Assembly (NCBI GenBank): GCA_030390025.1
Contig: CM059425.1
Coordinates: 177,694,001-177,758,000, forward strand
Source: Squalus acanthias
Lineage: Eukaryota
Direction: 5' to 3'
Length of the DNA: 64,000 nucleotides
The notes under the pieces are model-generated. The model had not been told where the DNA came from. It worked only from the letters and a program-made list of their open reading frames with translations, and did not search any database. Positions 49,461 through 59,900 of the stretch are shown in pieces. The position numbers and the translations under genes are program-made. Numbering within the stretch: the stretch's first letter is position 1; each line of letters begins with the position of its first letter.

Positions 49461-51491
49461 TCCAGTTGGGTGTTGTCATTCTCCATAGTCACTAGAGCTT
49501 CGAAAATGTTCAACCAGTTGGAGAGATCCTGCCCAGTTGCTTTGCATCCTGGACTTGTATATGGCTAATTGGGTCCCTGGTTGCCCTGCAATGGCGATGA
49601 CAATTGGCCAATGATAAACATAGTTTTGGAAAAGTGTAACCAGAAGTTAAGAGGCAACTCTTTTCATAATCAAACAGGGCTACAACCTCTAACATTGCAA
49701 ATACATTATCCTGGTTGCAAAATGGACATGTATCATTAACATCTATTAAGTGGTGGAAGTAGTCATTGCATAGCATCACACAATGCAACATTTTCCACCC
49801 CAGATCTCCAGCGGTGATGGGAAGAATATATTTCCCTGCTGTGTGTGGACTGGTAATTGGTGGACTTGGGAAAAGTTCAGTCCCACCGGAACCATTAAAA
49901 ACACGTTCTTAATTCTGGAGGCGACACTAATAAAGTAAATTAACTATCTGTACAACTAAAATCAATGTCAATTGCCAAATTAGTGTGGGCAAGACATTCA
50001 ATTGCCTATGTTGCCCAATGGTTGCGAATCAGTAATTACATTCCTAATCATCCAGGTGCATACTGAAGATTATATCAGGATTTGTGTGATATCTTCTGTT
50101 TCTACATGTTTGTGATGTGAACTAAAGCTATTTTAATGTTTGCAACATCCAAAAACACATACCTTAGCCCCTAGCACTTTGTGATATATGAGTTTAAACT
50201 TTTTTGTCATTTATTAATGAAATAACAGGAATACACAACCTTACTCTGCACTTTCTGGAGGCTCGGTACATTCGGATGCACCAAAAAATGCACAACTCAG
50301 TGACTAAGTAGAAGGTTCCTGCAAGAATGCTGCTCAACAAGTCAAGCAGCTACTTATACAGTACACAACATATTATTATAAGAACCACTGATTTATAGGT
50401 GACTACATAAGTCAAATTGCCCTTTTATTATATGGTATTTTGGGATTTTCTACAACTATTTTCCAGATTAAATAAATTCTACCCATTTTTCGGTGAAAAC
50501 TACAAATCAGTGGCCCCATTTATTATTATATTCACTTTTGCCAACGTACTCAATTTTAATCTCTAATCTCTAATATTTTTAAAGACCAGGATACAAAGCC
50601 AGATGTTATAGTTATCGAGAAGCATCTGTGTAAAACTAAGCTTGGAGAACTAAAGAATATTATACACAAAAAATACTACAAATTGTACTCAGTTTAAAGG
50701 GGAAGGAAAACCACTTATATTGATTGTTTCAATAAATTTCTCCAGTGACTTGTTCCAGACATCTACTAAGTTTTGTATGAAGCAAATCTTCCAAACTTCC
50801 TTATTAGTAATTATTTTATTTTTTGATATGTCTTCTAGTTTTTGAATGTGCACAGTTTGTCTCATTTTTGGGCTATTTGTGTCAACAAGTACTTATTCAG
50901 ACTTAATTTATGAATGTTAATATCTCAGTAGGTGGCAAATGGCTGGTATCACTTAATTTTCCATCTGCAACCAATTAACTTCACACATTTATTCAGTACT
51001 AAAGTAACATGAACATTGTTTCTGTAAAGGAATTGATGGAAGCATCCTTTGAAATCTTTATGGGTTAATTTCTGGCATTTGACAGCATTTCAGTAATGAA
51101 TCAATAGCAAGATCCTGGAAGAGGATTGTGTAACTAAATACTACTGTTCTATTACTGCTAAATGATTCATTTTATTATTATTTGTTTAATAAATTAGTTT
51201 CCTAACTTAAATTGTAAAATAGGTCTCGTGATGTTCTACCACTTTTGAAAACTAAAGTGGGATCTTATGGAGGCGCAAGATGATCCAATATCTACAAGCA
51301 ATTACTGAACAGCGTCTTCTGTTTGTTTATGCGGACACATCACTGAAAGCTTAACTAAATCTCAAGCAAGGATGGACACTTTTGAAGATTTGGAGATTTG
51401 AGACATCAGCATGATCTGATACAAGGACCAAGATAAACTAAAATGAGAAGTCGCACAACACCAAGTTATAGTCCAACAGATTTATTTAAAA

Positions 51492-51529
51492 TTACAAGCT
51501 TTCGGAGCTGTTGCCCCTTCGTCAGATAA
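51492..51529 (-). ncRNA. Minimal hammerhead ribozyme (left arm)
   Basis: TTAT-CTGACGA-A-GGGGC-AACA-GCTCC-GAAA-GC-TT-GTAA on the minus strand. Confidence 0.75.
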
Positions 51530-51941
51530 AGGTACAATGAGGGAATCTACAGTATTACACAGTATATAAACACAGAAAGCAATTTGTCTGCAAAGATACA
51601 ATCTTTCAGGGAGGCATTACATCAAAGACACACCAGAGCACAGCCAAGACAATGAGATGGGTCACAGGGGGTCCAACGTGTCAAATCCTGCCGTCTGCAG
51701 TTGAGCTTTTAACCTTTTTTTTGGTGTTTTTTAAATTAAAATAAAACAAAAAAAATGTTTAAAAGCTCAACTGCAGACGGCAGGATTTGACACGTTGGAC
51801 CCCCTGTGACCCATCTCATTGTCTTGGCTGTGCTCTGGTGTGTTTTTGATGTAATGCCTCCCTGAAAGATTGTATCTCTGCAGACAAATTGCTTTCTGTG
51901 TTTATATACTGTGTAATACTGTAGATTCCCTCATTGTACCT

Positions 51942-51979
51942 TTATCTGACGAAGGTGCAACAGCTCCGAAAGCTTGTAA
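51942..51979 (+). ncRNA. Minimal hammerhead ribozyme (right arm; stem II mismatch)
   Basis: TTAT-CTGACGA-A-GGTGC-AACA-GCTCC-GAAA-GC-TT-GTAA. Confidence 0.7.
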
Positions 51980-52374
51980 TTTTAAATAAATCTGTTGGAC
52001 TATAACCTGGTGTTGTGCGACTTCTCATTTTTGTCCACCCCAGTCCAACACCGGCATCTCCGCATCAAGATAAACTAGAGTAACAAGTTAGAAAACATCC
52101 CAAAAAAGTAACATGGATGTTCCCACTTATGCTCTTAAAACATTGATAATTAACCAGTCAAGAGCAGAGCTGAGCACACACATATTGGCATTTTGGCACT
52201 GGTAGCATGATATGGCTGTAGTTGGGACGTGGCATCCAGAGCTAATCCCTGACTTATTCCTTGACCCACCTGAATTACACTGAAAACTGCTTTATGCAGG
52301 GAGTGGTGATTGTATGGAATGGATTGCCAAAGGAAGCTGTTGGACCTGATTGTAGCAGCAAATCCAAGATATAT

Positions 52375-53105
52375 ATTTTTTTTATTTGTTCATGGGATGT
52401 GGGCGTCACTGGCAAGGCCAACATTTATTGCCCATCCCTAGTTGCCCTTGAGAAGGTGGTGGTGAGCCGCCTTCCTGAACCGCTGCAGTCCTTGTGGTGA
52501 AGTTACTCCCAAAGTGCTGTTAGGGAGGGAGTTCCAGGATTTTGATCCAGCTGCGATGAAGGATCGGCGATATACTTCCAAGTCAGGATGGTGTGTGACT
52601 TGGAGGGGAACTTGGAGGTGGTGGTGTTCCCATGCGCCTGCTGCCCTTGTCCTTCTAGGTGGTAGAGTTCACGGGTTTGGGAGTTGCTGCCGAATAAGCC
52701 TTGGCGAGTTGCTGCAGTGCATCTTGTAGATGGTACACACTGCAGCCACGGAACACCAGTGGTGGAGGGAGTGAATGTTTAAGGTGGTGGATGGGGTGCC
52801 AATCAAGCAGGCTACTTTATCTTGGATGGTGTCGAGCTTGTTGAGTGTTGTTGGAGCTGCACTCTTCCAGGCAAGTGGAGAGTATTCCATCACACTCCTG
52901 ACTTGTGCCTTGTAGATGATGGAAAGGCTTTGGGGAGTCAGGAGGTGAGACACTCGCCGCAGAATACCCAGCCTCTGACCTGCCCTTGTTGCCACAGTAT
53001 TTATGTGGCTGGTCCAGTTAAGTTTCTGGTCAATGGTGACCCCCAGGATATTGATGGCAGCCGATGTGGTGATGGTAATGCCGTTGAATGTCAAGGGGTG
53101 GTGGT
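52375..53105 (-). mobile_element. LINE family 2, 3' fragment
   Basis: ORF 52669-53118 and the conserved 3' stem. Confidence 0.88.
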
Positions 53106-53216
53106 TAGATAGTTGCATAAATTCCTGCAGAAAATTTGGTAGAGAGATATGAGAGGTGTTGTGAGATATGATATTTTCTAGACATTGGGACCATTTTCCT
53201 GAGTGTCAGTTATGAC

Positions 53217-53371
53217 CAATGTTCCCTCCAATTTTTTTGTGTGTGCGGTCCCTTTAACTGGCTGCGCGGCCGATTCAAATTTTCGCACATGCGCGGTTTC
53301 TTCCATATATAAGCCAGTGAGCGGCCTGCGCAGGACCTCCAGACCGGCCATGCAGCTTAACGGGAACATTG
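53217..53371. mobile_element. hAT-type MITE (155 bp)
   Basis: TIR CAATGTTCCC/GGGAACATTG and perfect 8-bp TSD GTTATGAC (53209-53216 and 53372-53379). Inserted in an old + strand family 2 LINE fragment (about 53185-53730). Confidence 0.88.
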
Positions 53372-54004
53372 GTTATGACTCCAGCCATTGGATAGTTTCC
53401 CTCTTGACATGCAGGGAAATTGTTGTAGTTGTCTGAGACCAATCATCACAGCACCAGGATATTGCTGTAAGAGTTCCTCAAGGCAATGCCCTTTGCCCAA
53501 ACATCTTCAGTTGCTTCATCAATGACCTTCCCTCAGTCACAAGGTCAGGAGTGGGACCTTTTACGAACTATTCAATAATGTTCAGTTCCATTTATAACTG
53601 TTTCTGATAATGAAGCAGCCCATGCCAGCCTACAACATCCAGGCTTGGGCTGACAATTAGCAAATAACATTCATGTCATATAAGTGCCAGCTCAACCACC
53701 TCCCCTGACCTTCAATGGCACCACTGTGGGCTGATGTTCCTTGGTGCCATACTTGGTTGAATATTGTCATGATGTTTAGGGCAGTTACTCTCACTCTCTT
53801 CTTGCACTCGGCTCATGTCCAGGTCTGTAACAAAGCTGTAATGAGGTCTGAAGCCAAGTGGTTCTAGAGGAATCTGGACTGAGTGGCTGTGAGCAGGTTA
53901 GAGATGAGTATATGCTGCTTGATGGCACTGTTGATGACTCCTTCAATCACCTTTCTGAGAGATTTGTCCTACTTTTTGTGGATAGAACATACATGGAACA
54001 GCTT

Positions 54005-55223
54005 ACAAAAGCAAAATACTGCGGATGCTGGAAATCTGAAATAAAAACAGAAAATGCTGGAAATACTCAGCAGGTCAGGCAGCATCTGTAGAGAGAGAAA
54101 CAGAGTTAACAGGGGCGATTTTGCCAGCCCTGGGGAGGCGGGTTTGGAGGCAGGACTGCCGGGAAAATGGCAGAATCTGGGGGCGGGTACCCATCCTGCC
54201 CCAACCCGCTTCTGTGCCATCTTCCCAGGAGGCGGGTACCCGACCCACGCCGGGTCCCATCTCCTGGAGGCAGGTAGTTAACAGGCAGTTAAGAGGATTA
54301 TCCCCATTTTTCCAGCAGAGGCGCGGGCTTCCTGATGTCGGGAAACCCCGCCAGGGTCAGCGAAGCGAGCAGTGGGTCTGCGGGGGTTGGAGGGGTCCAA
54401 ATTGTGCACTGTAGAGGTGAGTGATGGGTGCAAGTGTGGAGAGGTAAGTATGTGAGGTGAGTGAAAAGTGATAGAAAATGTTTACTTACCTTTGTTTCTT
54501 CCTGCAGGCTTCAACCGCTGGGGAACCGGAGACTCCGGCATCTCCGCGGCAGAGATGACAGAATGGATGCTACATTCTCCGATGCAACAGCCATCTGATT
54601 TCTGCTCAGCAGATAGGTTTGATGAGTCTTGAATACAAGGACTCATCAAACAACAGAAAATGTCAGTGTCAATTTTTGACAGATGAAATGTCATACGCTG
54701 ACTTTCTCTGTAACCGGCTTCCTCTTAATTGGCCTGCTAAGCCCGCTGGGCGGTCTTAACAAGGTCAATCAAGGGAAAATAGCGTGGGTTGGCCACAAGT
54801 CGATGGAGGCGGGACTAAAACCCAACAAGCTGCAGTCCCGCCTCCAATGCGCCCCCATTGGCAAAATCACCCCCAACGTTTCAGGTTGATGACCCTTCGT
54901 CAGAACTGGAAAAAGCTGGAGATGGAACAGGTTTTTAAGCAAGTGCAGGGGTTGGGGGGAGGGGAGGAAAGAACAAAAGGGAAGGTCTGTGATAGGATGG
55001 AAGGCAGGAGAGATTAAGAGAGAAAAGGGATGATGGTGCAAGGCAAAAGGAGATGGTAATGGGACAAGTTAAGAAACAAAAGATGACTCTAGATGAAGTG
55101 TAAATGGTAATGGCAGCATGATCAACAGCTGCCATGTGAGAGAGAGAAAAAAAATGATAGGGGCAGGGGTTATGGTCTGAAATTGTTGAACTCGATGTTG
55201 AGTCCAGAAGGCTGTAAAGTGCC
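54005..55223 (-). mobile_element. Penelope family A 3' fragment containing a MITE
   Basis: GTLQPSGLNIEFNNF end near 55180-55222, plus pLTR. 11-bp TSD TGGAACAGCTT (53994-54004 and 55224-55234). Confidence 0.9.
54111..54874. mobile_element. PIF/Harbinger MITE (764 bp)
   Basis: TIR AGGGGCGATTTTGCCA/TGGCAAAATCACCCCC, perfect 3-bp TSD AAC, and GGAGGCGGG motifs shared with 8348-10857. Confidence 0.88.
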
Positions 55224-56477
55224 TGGAACAGCTTGGCTAGGTGGGCAACTAGTTCTGGTGTGCACGTCTTAAGCACTACAGCAGGATGTTGTCGGGCCAT
55301 AGTTTTTGCTGTGTATGGTATACTCGGTTGATTCTTAATGTCACATGGAGTGAAGCAAATTGGTTGGACACTGGCATCCATGATGGTGGGGACCTCAGGA
55401 AGATGCCAAGTAGGATCATCCACTCGGCATTTTTAGCTGAAAACACTTCAGCCTTGTCTCTTGCACTCACGTACTGGGCTCCACTATGGTTCAGGATGGA
55501 AATGTTCATGGAAACTCCTTCTCCTATTAGCTGCCTGATATCCATTAACATTCTCAAATGAATTTGTTAGGGCTACATGGCTTTGCTGTGATTCATTGGT
55601 TGTGGGGCCGCTTATCTCTGTCTATAGCATGCTGCTTTTAGTTTTTAGCATGCATAGAGCCTTGTGATGTGGCTTTCCTAGGTTCGCACCTAACAAAATG
55701 ACAACTCCGTATTACCTACAAACTGCTCTTGGCATGTACTCTTACACTACCTATTGAACCAGGGTTGGTCCACCAGCTTTATGATGTTGGAAGAGTGAAG
55801 GGTGTGCCAGGCTGTTAAGTTATATATTATGGTGATATACATTTCTGTTGATGGTCCAAAGTACCTCATCGATGCCCAGTTTGGGGCTGTTAAATATGTC
55901 TTTGATCTGTCCTACTGAGCACAATGGTACTGCTATTATACATGATGCAAGGTATCCTCACTGTGGAGATTACACCACAAACACTGTGTGGTGGTTGCTC
56001 CTATCAATGCTATTTGGACACATGTCTGTGACAGGGTAGTTGATGAGGATGAGGTCATGTAGGTTATTCCTTTATAATAGTTCCCTCACCACTTGACACA
56101 GGGCCAGTCTGGCAGCCATGTCTTTCAATACTTGGCCAACTAGATCAGTGGTGGTACTACCAAGCCACTCTTAGAGGTGAGCATTGAAGTCCCCTACCCA
56201 GAGTATAATCTGCACTCTTGCTTTCCTCAATGTTTCTTTCAAATGGAGGAGTTCTGATTCATCAGATGAGATGAGGTAGAAGGTGATGATCAGCATCAGG
56301 ATTCCTTCGCTTTCTTTGAATTGAAGCTATGAGGCTTCTTGGGGCCAAAGTGGAGGACTGCCAAAGCAATTACCACCTGATTATAAACCAACGTGCCCCT
56401 TTCACCTCTGATGGGCTAGGACATAGATGGTGTTGGAAGTATCTAGGATGTTGGTTGATGGATATCATTGGGAGCAT

Positions 56478-56785
56478 GAATCACAGAATCCCCACAGTGC
56501 AGATAGAGGCCATTTCGGCCCATTGAGCCTGCACCGACACATATCCCACCCTATCCCCGTAACCCCACGTATTTAATCCCCCTAACACTAAGGGTCAATT
56601 TATCATAGCCAAATCAACCTAACCCGCACATCTTTGGACTGTGGGAGGAAACCGGAGCACCCAGAGGAAACCCACGCAGACACGGGGAGCTTGTGCAAAC
56701 TCCACACAGACAGTCACCCGGGGCCGGATTCGAACCCGGGTCCCTGGCGCTGTGAGGCAACAGTGCTAACCACTATGCCACCGTG
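56478..56785 (-). mobile_element. V-SINE (HE1-like)
   Basis: tRNA head (TGGCATAGTGGTTAG, GGTTCGAATCC), V domain (TGTGTGGAGTTTGCAC...GGGTTTCCTCTGGGTGCTCCGGTTTCCTCCCAC) and a CR1-derived tail. Confidence 0.92.
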
Positions 56786-56965
56786 TTGACTATGTCAAGT
56801 TATTGATTGACTAGTATATGGGACAGTTCTCTGAAGTTGGGCATCAATCCTCAGATGTTAGTGGGGAGGACTTTGCATAGTCTTAACTTGGTACAATGCC
56901 TAGGCAATTGCCGATAAGTCATCTGATATTTTCCTTATTTTTGAACTTTGTAGCAATTCAGGAAT

Positions 56966-59900
56966 CGGGGGGAGGGGAAACTCTCCACTGGCTGGAGTCA
57001 TACCTAGCACAAAGGAAGATGGTTGTGGTGATTGAAGGTCAATCATCACAGCCCCAGGACATCACTGCAGGAGTTCCTCAGGGCAGTGTCCTAGGCCCAA
57101 GCATCTTCAGCTGCTTCATCAATGACCTTCCCTCCAACATAAGATCAGAAATGGGGATGTTTACTGATGACTGCACAGTGTTCAGTGCCATTCACAACTC
57201 CTCAGATAATGAAGCAGTCCATGCCCGTATGCAACAAGACCTGGATGACGTTTAGGTTTGGGCCGATAAGTGGCAGGTAACATTCGCGCCACAGAAGTGC
57301 CAGGGAATGACTATCTCCAACAAGCGAGAGTCTAACCACCGCCCCTTGATATTCAATGGCATTACCATCGCCGAATCCCCCTCCATCAACATCCTGGGGG
57401 TCACCATTGATAAGAAACTTAACTGGACCAGCCACATAAATACTATGGCAACAAGAGCAGGTCAGAGGCTAGGTATTCTGCGGCGAGTGTCTCACCTCCT
57501 GACTCCCCAAAGCCTTTCCACCATCTACAAGGCACAAGTAAGGAGTGTGATAGAATATTCTCCACTTGCCTGGATGAGTGCATAAAAACATAAGAACATA
57601 AGAAATAGGAGCAGGTATAGGCCACTTGGCCCCTCGAGCCTGTTCTGCCATTCAATAAGATCATGGCTGATCTTGGGCTCAAAGCCACTTCCCTGCCCGC
57701 TCTCCATAACCCTTCACTCCCTTATCTTGCAAAAATCTGTCTATCTCCACCTTTAAATGTATTTAATGACCTAGCCTCCACAGCTCTCTGGGGCAGAGAA
57801 TTCCACAGATTTACGACCCTCTGAGAGAAGAAATTCCTCCTCATCTCAGTTCTAAAAGGGCGACCCTTTATTCTGAAACTATGCCCCCGATTTCTAGATT
57901 TCCCCACAAGGGGAAACATCCTCTCTGCATCTACCTTGTCGAGCCCCCTCAGTATCTTATATGTTTCAATAAGATCACCTCTCATTCTTCTAAATTCCAA
58001 TGAGTATAGGCCCAACCTGTTCAACCTTTCTTCATAAGTCAACCCCCTCATCTCAGGAATCAACCGTGTGAATCGTCTCTGAACTGCCGTCAATGCAAGT
58101 ATATCCTTCCTTAAATAAGGAGACCAAAACTGTATGCAGTACTCAAGGTGTGGTCTCACCAATACTCTGTACAGTTGTAGCAGGACTTCCCTGCTTTTAT
58201 ACTCCAACCCCCTTGCAATAAAGGCCAACATTCCAATTGCCTTTTTGATTACTTGCTGTACCTGCATGCTAACTTTTTGTGTTTCATGCACAAGGACCCC
58301 CAGGTCCCTCTGAACTGTAGCATTTTGTAATCTCTCTCCATTTAAATAATAATTTGCTTTTTTATTTTTCCTGCCAAAGTGGATAACCTCGTACTTTCCC
58401 ACATTATACGCCATCTGCCAAATGTTTGCCCACTCACTTAGCCTGTCTATCCCTTTGCAGGTTCTTTGAGTCCTCTGCACAACTTGCTTTCCCACCCATC
58501 TTTGTATCATCCGCAAACTTGGCTACATTACACTCAGTCCCTTCATCCAAGTCATTAATGTAGATTGTAAATAGTTGAGGCCCCAGCGCCAATCCCTGTG
58601 GCACCCACTAGTTACCGTTTGCCAACCGGAAAAATGACCCATTTATCCCGACTCTCTGCTTTCTGTTAGTTAGCCAATTCTCTATCCATGCTAATATATT
58701 ACCCCCAACTCCGTGAGCTCTTATCTTATGCAGTAACCTTTTATGTAGCACCTTATCGAATGCCTTCTGGAAATCCAAATACACCACATCCACTGGCTCA
58801 CCCTTATCCACCCTGCTCGTTAAATCCTCAAAGAACTCCAGCAAATTTGTTAAACATGATTTCCCTTTCATAAAATCATGCTGACTCTGCTTGACTGCAT
58901 TATGATTTTCCAAATGCCCTGCTACTGCTTCCTTAATGAAGGACTCCAGCATTTTACGATAGATGTTAGGCTAACTGGTCTATAGTTTCCTGCTTTCTGT
59001 CTCCCTCCTTTCTTAAATAGGGGTGTTACATTTGTGGTTTTCCAATCTGCTGGGACCTCTCCAGAGTCCAGGGAATTTTGGTATATTGCAACCAATGCAT
59101 CCACTATCTCTGCAGCCACATCTTTTAAGACCCTGGGATGCAGGCCATCTGGTCCAGGGACTTGTCGTCTTTTAGTCCCATTATTTTACCAAGTACTTTT
59201 TCCTTAGTGATAATGATTGTCTTTAGTTCCCCTTCCCTGCGGCCCCTTGATTATCCATTATTGGGATGTTGTTAGTGTCTTCTACTGTGAAGACAGATAC
59301 AAAATACTTGTTCAGAGTCTTTGCCATTTCCCTGTTCCCCATTATTAATTCCCCATTCTCATCCTCTAAGGGACCAACGTTTACCTTAGCTATTCTCTTC
59401 CTTTTTACATACCTGTAGAAGCTCTTACTTTCTCTTTTAATATTTCTTGCCAGTTTACTCTCATAATTCATCTTCTCTCTCTATTTTTATTTTAGTCATC
59501 CTTTGCTGGTTTTTTAAAATTTCCCAATCCTCTGGCCTCCCACCAATCTTGGCAACATTGTATGCCTTCGTTTTCAATTTGATACCATCCTTTGCTTCCT
59601 TAGTTAGCCATGGATAGTGCTCCCTTCTCTTAAAATCTTTCTTTCTCACTGGAATATAATTTTGTTGAGAGTTATGAAATATCTCCTTAAATGTCCGCCA
59701 CTGCATTTCAACTGTCTTACCTTTTAATTTATTTTTCTCGTCCACTTTAGCCAGTTCTGCCCTCATGCCATTGTAATTGGCTTTGTTTAAGATCAGGACA
59801 CTGGTTTGAGACCCAACTTTCTCACCCTCCATTTGAATTTGAAATTCAACCATGTTATGATAACTCTTTCCTAGAGGATCCTTTACTATGAGATCGTTTA

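Larger units (their letters stand above)
51441..52065. mobile_element. Penelope family B inverted pLTR pair (long palindrome)
   Basis: Arms at about 51441-51712 and 51759-52032 are near-perfect reverse complements. TSD (CA)AGATAAACTA at 51429-51440 and 52066-52077. Homologous to 20735-21040. Confidence 0.92.
53770..56475 (-). mobile_element. Old LINE family 2 copy split by a Penelope insertion
   Basis: Homologous to 33060-34620 (e.g. PAVVLKTCTPELVAHLAKLFQ). Heavily decayed. Confidence 0.75.

Noticed and set aside
56715..56785. tRNA gene
   Set aside because: It is the tRNA-derived head of a V-SINE. The same applies to 28704-28775 in the Deu-SINE.
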